From Acidimicrobiia bacterium (GTDB lineage Bacteria; Actinomycetota; Acidimicrobiia; Spongiisociales; UBA5794): DNA of 37,802 bases. The notes under the pieces were generated by a model, which searched no databases, was not told the origin of the DNA, and saw nothing but the letters and a program-made list of their open reading frames with translations. Each line of letters opens with the position of its first letter. Position 1 is the first letter of the stretch. A program made the translations under genes and the position numbers. Positions 8,300 through 17,566 of this stretch are shown here, one piece after another. Location: NCBI GenBank assembly GCA_036985935.1, contig BTQP01000002.1, positions 1 to 37,802 of the forward strand, read 5' to 3'.

Positions 8300-9523
8300 T
8301 CAAGTCACACCCGTTCGACTCCCCGAAAAGTTCTCATAGCTACCAGACTTCATGATGTCTTCGAGGATGTCTATTGCGTCGTCGACTTCAGCGAACGTCG
8401 TGTACAGCGGCGCGAAACCGAACCGGATCAGGTCTGGTGCACGGAAGTCAGGTATGACGTTCCTCGAGCGAAGTGCTTGGGAGATCCGATATGCGTCGTT
8501 GTGGCGGACGCTGATGTGTGAACCGCGTTGGCCCGGATCAGCGGGGGTAACCATCGTGAACCCGCGAGCCTCCATGTTTTGGATCCGCTCAGCGAATGCC
8601 GACGTGAGGGCGATGCTCCTCCGTCTGATGGCGTCGATCCCTGCTTCGATCGTCAGGTCGATGCCGACTTTCGCGGCAACAAGTGAGAGGATCGGTGGCG
8701 TGCCGACGACGAATCGTCGAATGGAGGGTGACGGTTCGTAGTCCGGTGCCATCGCGAACTGGTCGGTGTGCGAGAACCAACCGCGGATCGGTTGCTCGAC
8801 CCCGGTAACGAGATCTGAGCGAACGTATAGGAACGCAGGGGCACCAGGGCCGCCGTTGAGGTACTTGTAGGTACATCCGACTGCGAAATCGGCAGACCAA
8901 TCGTTGAGGGCGATCGGAACCGACCCTACGGAGTGTGAAAGATCCCACACCATGAGTGCGCCCGCACGGTGCACAAGGCCGGTCACCGCGGCTCCATCGA
9001 GCATGGCTCCGGACCGGTATGCAACGTGTGAAAGCGATACCACACCTACGGAGTCATCGACGGCCTCAGCGAGCTGGTCGAGAGTTGGATCCTCAGGAAC
9101 GAAAATCAGCTCGCCGCCTCGCGAGTTGGCGATCGCCTCGAGCACGTACCGGTCCGATGGAAAGTTGCCACGGTCCGTAACAACGTTGCTTCGGCCGCTT
9201 GCACCAAGTGCGGCGTGGGCGACCTTGAAGAGATTGACCGAGGTTTGATCGCACAGCGCAACCTCTCCCTCTGAAGCACCGATGATCGTGGCCAACCTGT
9301 TGCCGATCTCCTGCCCCATGTCGATCCAGCGATCCCATCCGAGCACGAGCTCGTGTCCCCACTCGCCCTCGACCATGGCGCGAACGGCATCGATAGTTGC
9401 TTTCGGTAGCCGACCGAGGGAGTTTCCGTCGAGGTAGATCAGATCATCATCGATAACGAACCTGGAGCGAAAGTCGGCAAGAGGGTCCTGGTCGTCGAGG
9501 TCGCGGTCGTTCCAAACCGGCAC
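8300..9523 (-). CDS. kynU: Kynureninase
   Basis: Has LIYLDGNSLGRLP and FAVGCTYKYLNGGPGAPAFLYV (PLP-Lys region typical of kynureninase). 407 aa. Confidence 0.8.
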   Translation of the reverse strand: MPVWNDRDLDDQDPLADFRSRFVIDDDLIYLDGNSLGRLPKATIDAVRAMVEGEWGHELVLGWDRWIDMGQEIGNRLATIIGASEGEVALCDQTSVNLFKVAHAALGASGRSNVVTDRGNFPSDRYVLEAIANSRGGELIFVPEDPTLDQLAEAVDDSVGVVSLSHVAYRSGAMLDGAAVTGLVHRAGALMVWDLSHSVGSVPIALNDWSADFAVGCTYKYLNGGPGAPAFLYVRSDLVTGVEQPIRGWFSHTDQFAMAPDYEPSPSIRRFVVGTPPILSLVAAKVGIDLTIEAGIDAIRRRSIALTSAFAERIQNMEARGFTMVTPADPGQRGSHISVRHNDAYRISQALRSRNVIPDFRAPDLIRFGFAPLYTTFAEVDDAIDILEDIMKSGSYENFSGSRTGVT

Positions 9524-9529
9524 GGCGGA

Positions 9530-10678
9530 CTAGTACAGCTCGTATTGACCGTCGATCAGACGCTCGGTTACACCGGCCCAATCACCAAAACAGTCTTCGG
9601 CGATCAGCAGTGCCTCCTCCTCGTCCAGTTGACGGTCCGTCTCGATGTGAACGACCTGGGGCTCGGTGACCGAGTGGCCGATAGAGGAAAGGAGTCGAAT
9701 CGTGACCTCGGATACGTCGGTCTCGGCTATGAGCTTCTGGGTTATGTCGTACCCGATGGCGTGGTAGGTCTTTCCAACGTGCGCTGCGGGGTTCTTTCCT
9801 GCGGCGGCCTCGAGGCTCATCGGGCGGTAGGGGGTGATCAGCCCGCCGAATCGATTACCCCGGCCTACCTGACCGTCGTCGCCTGCCTCAGCGGACGTAC
9901 CGGAGAGTGTGAGGTACACCGAGTCCTCCTGGTCTGCCTGGTTGACCTGAACGGCGACCGTGCGCCCGGCGATCTCGCCGGCCACGCGCGCGGCCTCGAG
10001 CTGCACCCCATCGACAGCAGCGTCGTAGTCTGACCGGTTTTGGACACGGTCGGCAAGGATCGGGCACGCAACGGTGATGGTGATCGTGTCGCCCGTGCGG
10101 GCGCCCATCACCTTTATGTCCCGCCCGACGGGTGCCAGGCTGCGGTAGTACTCCCCATTGAGATGTGCTTCTACGCCGTGGACGGTCGATTCGAGAATGG
10201 ATCGGGGCATCGAGACTGCGGCGAAGGACGTGTCGTTTGCCAGCGGTGCAACGGTTTCAGCGTGGACGACGGCTGCCAGATCCGCCGAGGAACGGTTGAG
10301 CCAGACCTCGACGTCGAACGCCTCAGGCTGGGCCTCAGGGAGTAACTCCATCAGCCGAGCGTGGTACTGCACGGCGAGTGCCTCTGGGTCGGGTCGCCAA
10401 TCGAAGCCAAATGTCGCTTTACCGACCAGTACGAGCCTGGACGGCTTCGTGTGGGTGCCACCACCGAATCCGATATCGACCGAGCCAGCAGCGAGAATCG
10501 CCTTGTCCACATTGAAGTGGCGAACGGCACCCGTGTTCTTCTCATAGTCCCTTGCCAGTTGCCTCGCGAGTTCCTCTGCGAGACGGTCGCATATCGTGTC
10601 CGGGTGGCCGATGCCCTTTCGTTCAACGAACTCCACAGGGGGGTTGTAGGGGGCGCGACTCGTGAGCAAGAGGTTCAT
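9530..10678 (-). CDS. Archaeal-type methionine adenosyltransferase (SAM synthetase, PF01941-like)
   Basis: ERKGIGHPDTICD, PLANDTSFAV, GRDIKVMG, YLTLSGTSAEAGDDGQVGRGNRFGGLITPYRPMSLEAAAGKNPAAHVGK match my memory of the Methanocaldococcus MAT sequence. Start set at ATG 10678 (MNLLLTS...). The longer ORF to 10864 would run across the divergent gene's start. Confidence 0.8.
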   Translation of the reverse strand: MNLLLTSRAPYNPPVEFVERKGIGHPDTICDRLAEELARQLARDYEKNTGAVRHFNVDKAILAAGSVDIGFGGGTHTKPSRLVLVGKATFGFDWRPDPEALAVQYHARLMELLPEAQPEAFDVEVWLNRSSADLAAVVHAETVAPLANDTSFAAVSMPRSILESTVHGVEAHLNGEYYRSLAPVGRDIKVMGARTGDTITITVACPILADRVQNRSDYDAAVDGVQLEAARVAGEIAGRTVAVQVNQADQEDSVYLTLSGTSAEAGDDGQVGRGNRFGGLITPYRPMSLEAAAGKNPAAHVGKTYHAIGYDITQKLIAETDVSEVTIRLLSSIGHSVTEPQVVHIETDRQLDEEEALLIAEDCFGDWAGVTERLIDGQYELY

Positions 10679-10811
10679 GTTGTTCCTGTGACATCGACGT
10701 TTGACGGCGCATGGTAGTGGGCGGGCGACACCGAGGTACCGAGACGAAACACGCACCTCGCTGTGGCGAGCGTCGTGCTGCCCTGGGCTGCTGACATCTA
10801 CACTCAACGAC

Positions 10812-11855
10812 ATGGAGGGATTCTCAACTCGAGCGTTGCACGCCGACGATGGCATCAGCGACACACCGGACGTAGCACCACCGATCAGCGTCAGTACAAC
10901 ATACGAGGAAGGAACCGGTCGGCGGTATCGGCGATCGAGTCACTCCACGACCGAACGCCTTGAAGCCGTGCTCGGCTCTCTCGATGGCGGGCACGCCACG
11001 GCGTATGCATCCGGATTGGCCGCTGCTTCAGGGGTGCTTGATCACATCAATCCCGGGAGGGTCTCGATTCCTGACGACGTGTACCACGGTGTGCGCCAAT
11101 TGATCGAGAGCCGCCAGGCGCGTGGACAGCTTGTCGTATCGCGTACGGGAGAGCTCGAGCGTGGAGACCTCTGGTGGGTTGAAACGCCTTCGAACCCGAA
11201 ATGCCTGATCACCGACCTTGTGGAGGTCGCACGCCTTGCTTCAGAGCGTGGGATCATCACCGTGTGCGATTCGACGTTTGCGACTCCCGTCCAGATGCGA
11301 CCGCTCAGTCTCGGCGTCGATGTCGTCCTGCATTCGGTGACCAAGTTCATTTCAGGGCATTCCGACGCGTTGGGCGGGGCGCTCATCACGAGCTCCAACT
11401 CGATGGCGGAGGAACTACGGACCGAAAGAACGCTGAGCGGAGCAGTACCTGGCGCGCTCGACGTGTGGCTTGCCCTACGAGGCGTAAGGACGCTCGACCT
11501 TCGTGTTCGTCGCGCAAGCGAATCCGCTCTCGCCATCGCGAACTGGTTCTCGGCCCGAGGTGTGGCGACGTGGCATCCTGGACTGAGCGGGCATCCCGGC
11601 CATGCGATCGCTGCGGAACAGATGGACGGTTTCGGATCCATGATGTCCATAGATCTCGGATCCGCCGACGCTGCTCACCTATTCGTCACGAATCTTGCCG
11701 TTTTCACGAACGCCACGTCCCTCGGAAGTGTCGAGTCACTCGCCGAACACAGGCTCATCAGTGACCCACTCATCGAACCAGGTCTCGTGCGACTTTCGGT
11801 CGGCATCGAGGACGTTTCTGACCTTATCGCCGACATAGATCAGGCTCTGGGCTGA
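10812..11855 (+). CDS. Cys/Met-metabolism PLP enzyme (cystathionine gamma-synthase/lyase family)
   Basis: FSTRALHADD..PPISVSTTY and HSVTKFISGHSDALGG (PLP lysine). Start at ATG 10812 (MEGFSTRAL). Confidence 0.75.
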   Translation: MEGFSTRALHADDGISDTPDVAPPISVSTTYEEGTGRRYRRSSHSTTERLEAVLGSLDGGHATAYASGLAAASGVLDHINPGRVSIPDDVYHGVRQLIESRQARGQLVVSRTGELERGDLWWVETPSNPKCLITDLVEVARLASERGIITVCDSTFATPVQMRPLSLGVDVVLHSVTKFISGHSDALGGALITSSNSMAEELRTERTLSGAVPGALDVWLALRGVRTLDLRVRRASESALAIANWFSARGVATWHPGLSGHPGHAIAAEQMDGFGSMMSIDLGSADAAHLFVTNLAVFTNATSLGSVESLAEHRLISDPLIEPGLVRLSVGIEDVSDLIADIDQALG

Positions 11856-12454
11856 CCCCACAGGTCGTCGAAGACCACGTCGGATCGAGCATTCCATCCG
11901 CGATCGATACTCCCGGACTTGCGGTCCGTTGCAGCGTGCCCGATCGTGGCGATTCCGACGACCAGGATGTCGTCCGGGATACCGAGCACAGCATGGATCT
12001 CGTCGAGAGCTTGCGCCCCCAGGAATCCCGCCGCGAGGCCCTCATCCACGGCGGCGAGCAGGATCGCCATCATGGAAGCGCCCGCATCGACCCACCAGTA
12101 CGGCACCGGCCAGTCTTCCTCGGTCGACGCTGGACCGCCGATACCTGCCTTGTCGGGCTCTGAGTACCGTGACAGGTAGGCATCTCGATCTACGCAGATC
12201 ACGATGTGTGCAGGAGCCCGCGAGATCCACGGGTCGAATCCCTCACTGACGTAGTGCTCTTCTCCCGCTGCGGCGGCGATCGCAGCTCGCTGCGTTTCGC
12301 TCGTCACGACGACGAAGCGTTGACCCTGAGAGAAGCCGGCCGAAGGTGAGCGAACGCCTGCGTCGACGATACGAGCGAGCGATTCTGCGTCGACGGCCTC
12401 GTTCGTGTAGTTGCGAACCATATGTCGGCGTGCGAGCGCCTGTCGGAACTCCAT
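11840..12454 (-). CDS. Nitroreductase family protein
   Basis: N-terminus FRQALARRHMVRNYTNEAV...RIVDAGVRSPSAGFSQ is typical of nitroreductases. It starts 1 nt after the pntB stop. Confidence 0.75.
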   Translation of the reverse strand: MEFRQALARRHMVRNYTNEAVDAESLARIVDAGVRSPSAGFSQGQRFVVVTSETQRAAIAAAAGEEHYVSEGFDPWISRAPAHIVICVDRDAYLSRYSEPDKAGIGGPASTEEDWPVPYWWVDAGASMMAILLAAVDEGLAAGFLGAQALDEIHAVLGIPDDILVVGIATIGHAATDRKSGSIDRGWNARSDVVFDDLWGQPRA

Positions 12455-12455
12455 C

Positions 12456-13823
12456 TCAGAGTTGGCCTATGGCCGCGAGCGTATCTTCGAGGGCGACCTT
12501 GGCATCGGCAAAGTACATCATTGTGCCGTCTTCGTAGAACAGGGGGTTGTCGATTCCGGCGAAGCCGGGGGAGAGGCTCCGTTTCACGACGATGACGGTC
12601 GTCGCTTCGTCGACGTCAAGGATCGGCATCCCGTAGATCGGGCTGTCCTCATCGTTCTTTGCGGCCGGGTTGACCACATCATTGGCCCCGACGATGAGCA
12701 CCACATCGGTCTGGCTGAACCGCGGGTTCGACTGTTCGAGATCGAGCAGCAGGTCGTAGGGGATGTCAGCTTCGGCAAGCAACACGTTCATGTGGCCCGG
12801 CATACGACCTGCGACCGGGTGTATTGCATAGTGAACCTCGACACCTTTCTCCTCGAGAGCGTTGGCGAGATCCCGCACGGCGTGCTGTGCTTGAGCCACA
12901 GCGAGTCCGTAACCCGGCACGACTATCACTCTCTCGGCGTACGAGAGGGCTATCGCGGCGTCCTCTGCGGTAGCCCGTTTGACAGGTTTGGTTCCGATCT
13001 CTTCATCGGCGACGGCGCCTCCGAAACCCGAGAACAAGATGTTCGCGATCGAACGGTTCATCGCCACCGACATGTCGAGTGTCAGAATCAACCCCGCGGC
13101 CCCGACCAATGCGCCGCCAACGATGAGTGCCTGGTTGCCGATGATGAATCCTGCCATGGCAGCAGCGATGCCCGAGAACGAGTTGAGAAGCGAGATCACG
13201 ACCGGCATGTCAGCCCCACCGATCGGCAGTACCGCTGTCAACCCGAGGATGAGCGCCAGCGCCGTTGCAGCCCAATAGGCGGAGGGGGAGTTGGTGGTCA
13301 CAGCGACGACCCCGAACGCGACCGTCGCGGCGGCGATGACCCCATTTGTGACGGGGCCACCGGGTATGGAAACAGGCTTTCCGCCAATGAGGCCCTGGAG
13401 TTTCGCAAAGGCCACGAAGGACCCCGTGAGAGTAACTGCACCGATCACGAGGGACAGAACGGTTGTCGTTCCGGTTTCGCTTGGCATTGCAGCATTGGTT
13501 GCGATCACAGTCGTCGCGGCAACGAGAGCAGAGGAGCCACCTCCGAACCCGTTGAACGCTGCGACAAGTTGAGGCATGTTCGTCATCTGCACACGCAGGG
13601 CAAGGAATGCGCCGATGCCTCCTCCAACCACGACACCAGCGATCACGATTCCCCAGGTCATCGTCTCGTCGAGACCGAGCAGGTCGAAGACAACAACGAC
13701 GATCGCGAGCAGCATGCCGATGGAGGCGAGACGGTTTCCCCTTCGCGCAGTACGGGGCGACGTGAGTCCCTTGAGTCCGAGAATGAACAGGACACCCGCA
13801 GCGAGGTATGCGAGCTCTGTCAT
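12456..13823 (-). CDS. pntB: NAD(P) transhydrogenase subunit beta
   Basis: Multi-TM N-terminus plus C-terminal NADP(H) domain (VIVVPGYGLAVAQAQH, HPVAGRMPGHMNVLLAEA, IVGANDVVNPAA). ATG 13823 overlaps the pntAB stop (ATGA). Confidence 0.9.
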   Translation of the reverse strand: MTELAYLAAGVLFILGLKGLTSPRTARRGNRLASIGMLLAIVVVVFDLLGLDETMTWGIVIAGVVVGGGIGAFLALRVQMTNMPQLVAAFNGFGGGSSALVAATTVIATNAAMPSETGTTTVLSLVIGAVTLTGSFVAFAKLQGLIGGKPVSIPGGPVTNGVIAAATVAFGVVAVTTNSPSAYWAATALALILGLTAVLPIGGADMPVVISLLNSFSGIAAAMAGFIIGNQALIVGGALVGAAGLILTLDMSVAMNRSIANILFSGFGGAVADEEIGTKPVKRATAEDAAIALSYAERVIVVPGYGLAVAQAQHAVRDLANALEEKGVEVHYAIHPVAGRMPGHMNVLLAEADIPYDLLLDLEQSNPRFSQTDVVLIVGANDVVNPAAKNDEDSPIYGMPILDVDEATTVIVVKRSLSPGFAGIDNPLFYEDGTMMYFADAKVALEDTLAAIGQL

Positions 13824-14116
13824 CGGGATTTCCCTGGAAGCTTCTTGAACATCTCGAGCATGCGGTCCGTAACGAGGAAGCCACCAACGACGTTGATCAT
13901 GGCGAACGTGACCGCAAGGAAGCCGAGGATTCCCGCCACCCATGCAGAACCTGTCGCTGCGGCGATGATCGCGCCGACAATCGTGATACCCGAGATCGCG
14001 TTCGCTCCTGACATCAGTGGTGTGTGCAGCGTGGGTGGCACTTGTCGGATGACCTCGAATCCGACGAACGATGCAAGTACGAATACAACTATTCCCTGGA
14101 TGAATTCTGGACTCAT
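13820..14116 (-). CDS. pntAB: NAD(P) transhydrogenase subunit alpha part 2
   Basis: 98-aa 3-TM protein with TPLMSGANAISGI and INVVGGFLVTDRML. Start/stop are coupled to its neighbours on both sides. Confidence 0.9.
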   Translation of the reverse strand: MSPEFIQGIVVFVLASFVGFEVIRQVPPTLHTPLMSGANAISGITIVGAIIAAATGSAWVAGILGFLAVTFAMINVVGGFLVTDRMLEMFKKLPGKSR

Positions 14117-15213
14117 GATTCAGATCCTCCAGGTTCGGTCCGGTTCGTTATTGCCGGTCCCACGATGGCGTCGTCAGGGTCAACGACAAGTGAACCGTCA
14201 ACAACCATTCGTTTGGTCATCTCGAGAAGGTTTCTGGCGTACATGCGGCTCGCGTCGGCTCCAACGCGAGCAGCGAGGTCTGTCGGCCCAAGAATCTTTA
14301 CGCCGTTGATGTTGACCTCAACGTCGGGGCGCGAGCCCTCAACGTTCCCTCCAGAAGAGGCAGCCATATCGATGATGATCGAGCCGGCTTTCATACCCTC
14401 GAGCATCGCCGCGTCGATCAGTCGCGGTGCAGCCCGGCCAGGGACCTGCGCCGTCGTGATGACCAGGTCGCTCTCGACAACAGCGGCAGTCAGGACGTCG
14501 CGCTGTGCTGCCGCGGTCTGCTCATCAACCGCTCGTGCGTACCCACCGTCGTCCATTTCCTGGGTAGGCGCCTCTACGAACTTTGCGCCGAGGCTCTCGA
14601 CCTGTTCCCGGGTCTCAGGGCGAATGTCGTACGCACTGACCACACCTCCGAGACGTTTCGCTGTGGCGATGGCCTGGAGTCCCGCGACGCCTACGCCGAG
14701 GATGAGTATGCGAGCGGGGGGTACCGTGCCGGCGGCCGTGACGAGCATCGGGAGAAACTTCGGCAGCCGCGTTGCGCCGAGCAGCACGGCTGCATACCCG
14801 GCTGCGGTCGCCTGGGAAGACAATGCGTCCATGCTTTGTGCAAGCGTTGAACGCGGAACGAGTTCCATTGCGATGGTGGTGACGCCGCGTTCGGCGAGCG
14901 ATGCAAGGTAGTCAATGTTGTTGCCAGGGTCGAGGAGACCCATGACGACGCCGGCGCCTCCGAGTGCGTCGACATCTGAGGCATCTACAGGGCCGACGGT
15001 AAAGATCAAGTCCAGCGGAGCCGCCTCGGCCAGTGAGGAAACCATCCTTGCTCCGGAGTCAGCAAAGGCCTGATCGGGGAGTCCGGAAGCGTCACCGGCT
15101 CCGCGCTCGACAACAACATCGAAGCCGAGCTCGATGAGCGAAGAGACGGATGTGGGTGTTGCCGCAACGCGGGTTTCGGTGGCCGCCAGTTCTTTTCGAA
15201 TCCCTAGTCGCAT
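14113..15213 (-). CDS. pntAA: NAD(P) transhydrogenase subunit alpha part 1 (AlaDH-like dI domain)
   Basis: RKE...ETRVAATP at the N-terminus and the Rossmann motif ILGVGVAGLQAIATAKRLG. Confidence 0.9.
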   Translation of the reverse strand: MRLGIRKELAATETRVAATPTSVSSLIELGFDVVVERGAGDASGLPDQAFADSGARMVSSLAEAAPLDLIFTVGPVDASDVDALGGAGVVMGLLDPGNNIDYLASLAERGVTTIAMELVPRSTLAQSMDALSSQATAAGYAAVLLGATRLPKFLPMLVTAAGTVPPARILILGVGVAGLQAIATAKRLGGVVSAYDIRPETREQVESLGAKFVEAPTQEMDDGGYARAVDEQTAAAQRDVLTAAVVESDLVITTAQVPGRAAPRLIDAAMLEGMKAGSIIIDMAASSGGNVEGSRPDVEVNINGVKILGPTDLAARVGADASRMYARNLLEMTKRMVVDGSLVVDPDDAIVGPAITNRTEPGGSES

Positions 15214-15279
15214 AGGTCCGAAATGTACCGCACGAAGTGCTCCAACCCGCTGTCTCGCCGGCTACGGTGTCCGTGGTTG

Positions 15280-15672
15280 TCAGACCTGTGCGGACACCTC
15301 CCGGTTGGCGTACCAGGCGGCGCCGCCGACGAGAAGGGTGAAAAATGCCGTCACAGCGACGACCATCGCAAAATAGGCGTCGCTCCCTTCGTAGGTATCA
15401 GCTCCCTTCTCCCACACAGCCCCCGCGAGGATGAGCGCGGGGATCAGGACGAACTGCCAGACGAGGTCACGTCGTTCCTCGAGTTTTGCCACGACGTTCC
15501 ATTCGATCCAGGCGACTGCGATGAACACGGCCCCGAGACCGCGTGCCCAGAACGACGATGTGTCCCAGTCAAGAACATCCTCGATGACGAAGTCCGGGAT
15601 GAAGAAGTACGACAGACCGTAGATGGCGTACACAATCGCTTGAAATCGCATAACACCGCTGAGAACATTCAC
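15280..15672 (-). CDS. Small integral membrane protein, function unknown
   Basis: 130 aa with about 4 predicted hydrophobic helices. No recognisable motif. Confidence 0.5.
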   Translation of the reverse strand: MNVLSGVMRFQAIVYAIYGLSYFFIPDFVIEDVLDWDTSSFWARGLGAVFIAVAWIEWNVVAKLEERRDLVWQFVLIPALILAGAVWEKGADTYEGSDAYFAMVVAVTAFFTLLVGGAAWYANREVSAQV

Positions 15673-15758
15673 CGTGACACCTCCCGTGTATCCACAACAC
15701 GAGCATACGCGGCGATACCGGCCGGTGTAGGGGTCGCTGCTCGAGCGGGACCGGCTGA

Positions 15759-16319
15759 CTACAGGATGTCGGGAAGAGGTTTGCGAACCCGAGGCGGCTC
15801 GCCGGCGATAGGTAGAAAGAACAGCAGCACCACTCCAGCGATGAGGAATACGTCGGCGAGGTTGAATGTGATGCGCCCGGTCGATATCCAGTCCACGACG
15901 GCTCCTGAAGGGAAGAAGTGGCGATCCTGGAAACGGTCCACGAGGTTGCCGAGCGCTCCTCCAGCCAGCAGGCCATAGGCGAGCGTCATGGTCCAGCGCG
16001 ACCCGCGGGCTGAGCGCGCGGCGGTGAAGACGACGGCAATTGTTGCGAGCACGATGAAGCCCGTCGGGGCTGGTATCCCCATCAAGATGCCCCGGTTCGC
16101 AACGAGTTGGAGTCGCACACCCGCGATGGTTCTCGGACCCGAAACGAGGGCGTGCAGTGCCAATTCCTTGCTCACCTGATCGATGACGAGTGCTGCGACC
16201 AAAACGACTATCAAGACCACCAGTGCAGTGAATCGCGACCGCTGGTCATCCGTCGAAGCGGATGAGCCGTTGATCGTAGAATCGGTGGTTGCTGGATCCG
16301 TTGTCATGGAAGGTCTCAT
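15759..16319 (-). CDS. lspA: Lipoprotein signal peptidase (signal peptidase II)
   Basis: Motifs DQVSKE, VANRGILMG, GGALGNLVDR, AVVDWI, FNLADVFLIAG. Confidence 0.85.
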   Translation of the reverse strand: MRPSMTTDPATTDSTINGSSASTDDQRSRFTALVVLIVVLVAALVIDQVSKELALHALVSGPRTIAGVRLQLVANRGILMGIPAPTGFIVLATIAVVFTAARSARGSRWTMTLAYGLLAGGALGNLVDRFQDRHFFPSGAVVDWISTGRITFNLADVFLIAGVVLLFFLPIAGEPPRVRKPLPDIL

Positions 16320-16479
16320 TGTCAGCCGTCCACGTCGAGCGGAGGGTCGTGTCGGTGAGGTGATCTACATCGCTCACAGAGCATATCCCAGCCGTTTCGT
16401 ACTTCGACAGTTTCGAGCACGCGACCCGTCATCACGAATCGGAGAAATGTCTCTCGCCAAACGAACGGTGTGTGGTGAC

Positions 16480-16521
16480 GACAAGAAGGGTCCCGAAACG
16501 GTGAACGGGACCCTTCTTGTC
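16480..16521 (-). terminator. Perfect 16-bp GC-rich hairpin 20 nt after the stop of the 16542-17408 gene (no clear U-tract)
   Basis: GACAAGAAGGGTCCCG (16480-16495), a 10-nt loop, then CGGGACCCTTCTTGTC (16506-16521). It lies between the gene end (16542) and the lspA upstream region. Confidence 0.55.
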
Positions 16522-16541
16522 TCTTTGAGCGCTGACTGAGT

Positions 16542-17408
16542 TCAGCCCTTGGCTTGCACATCCTCGAACATGATGTGCAGGAATGGTTGGTCCTTCCCGT
16601 TCGGTAGTAGGAACTCGGTGGGTACCGCAAGGTCGAATGGGCCGTCAGAACCCAGTGCAACCGGTGGCAGAATGAGATGCGCCTGCCAGGAACCCCCGGG
16701 ATCCACGCCGTCATTGAAGACCAGGTTGTAGTCACCGTCTCGCACGTTCTGCGACAGCATGAAGTGTACGAACCGCTTGTCGGGTTGCAGTTCGTCGTTC
16801 ACATACAGGTCTCCCGCCCCCCAAAAGGCGATCAGCGACATGAGCTGTGGCATGAGCGGCGTGCCGATACCCGTCGCCCCGTGTTGTAGCGCGTTGACAC
16901 CGACGCCAGCGAAGTTCTCGTGGTCGACCTCAGGAAGTGCCTTCTTGACCACCAGCTTGTACTCGTTCTCTCCGTCAGGACTCGTGAACTCGAACTCGGC
17001 GTCGATCTCATCTTTGGTCGATCGACCTGAGACCGCCGTGACGTTTTTCACTTTGACCTTCGCCTCGCCCTCGATTGGGGCCCATTTGTTCGAGAACGGT
17101 GTCATCGCTGGTGTCGACCCGTCCATGCTGAAGAAATAGCCGTCGGGCGTTGTCGCGCGTTTGCCCACCGGTAGAAGGTCCAAGCCCTTTTCGTTCCCGA
17201 GGGTTCCGAAAACGGCGGGATCGAGAGCCCGTGGACCGGGGAGGATCCAGCGAACGTCGCCTCCCTCCTTCGCTTTCATGCTGACCTTGTTCGTTGCATC
17301 GATCACGTTGTTGCCAGCCGACTTTGAGTGAGCGACGGCGACGACGGCCGTTCCTACGATCATGAACGCCGCAAACAGCGCGACGAAGAGTGTCTTTCGA
17401 CCTTTCAC
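16542..17408 (-). CDS. Secreted/membrane-anchored protein of unknown function
   Basis: N-terminal hydrophobic segment KTLFVALFAAFMIVGTAVVAVAHS. GTG start at 17408 is preceded by AGGAGG (17414-17419) with a 5-nt spacer. No recognisable family motif. Confidence 0.6.
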   Translation of the reverse strand: MKGRKTLFVALFAAFMIVGTAVVAVAHSKSAGNNVIDATNKVSMKAKEGGDVRWILPGPRALDPAVFGTLGNEKGLDLLPVGKRATTPDGYFFSMDGSTPAMTPFSNKWAPIEGEAKVKVKNVTAVSGRSTKDEIDAEFEFTSPDGENEYKLVVKKALPEVDHENFAGVGVNALQHGATGIGTPLMPQLMSLIAFWGAGDLYVNDELQPDKRFVHFMLSQNVRDGDYNLVFNDGVDPGGSWQAHLILPPVALGSDGPFDLAVPTEFLLPNGKDQPFLHIMFEDVQAKG

Positions 17409-17566
17409 AAGAGCCTCCTGAGTTCTTGTTGTTTGTCGCGGTTCCTGTCCGCGACGAAGAGTCAACGAAAGGCGACACAGAGCAGGCGCCGCTGTGTCAT
17501 CTAGGCGACACTATTCCCTGAGGAAGATCGGTTGCGATCGATCTATGGAGACGTCCCGTGGCCCGG

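Noticed and set aside
10679-10811. Possible SAM riboswitch in the divergent region between the SAM synthetase and the transsulfuration-family gene.
   Set aside because: I looked on both strands for the conserved cores I remember (SAM-I GAGGGA...GCAACC...AGAG; SAM-IV GCAACCCUC-type). I found none. At 133 nt, the region is also too short to hold two promoters plus a riboswitch.
11840-11855. 16-nt overlap of the convergent 3' ends of the Cys/Met PLP enzyme gene and the nitroreductase gene.
   Set aside because: Short convergent overlaps are common in compact high-GC genomes. Nothing else suggests antisense regulation.
12411-14309. Very long ORFs antisense to, or overlapping, confidently assigned genes. 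Examples: 12411-14309 (+, 632 aa), 1452-2324 (-), 7214-8107 (-), 22538-23938 (+), 24599-25732 (+), 35141-36163 (-), 14024-14911 (+).
   Set aside because: Their translations are Arg/Pro/Gly/Ser-rich and low in complexity, with no motifs. They lie opposite genes with clear family signatures (pntB, Lgt-like, AlkA-like, SBP, DapA-like, kinase). Long spurious open frames are expected in high-GC DNA.
16320-16541. The 222-nt gap upstream of lspA, checked for a tRNA, small RNA or small ORF.
   Set aside because: No T-loop (GGTTCGA-like) or cloverleaf-compatible sequence is present. The only strong structure is the 16-bp hairpin already listed as a terminator. The 137-aa ORF across it (16322-16735) is low-complexity and overlaps the neighbouring gene.
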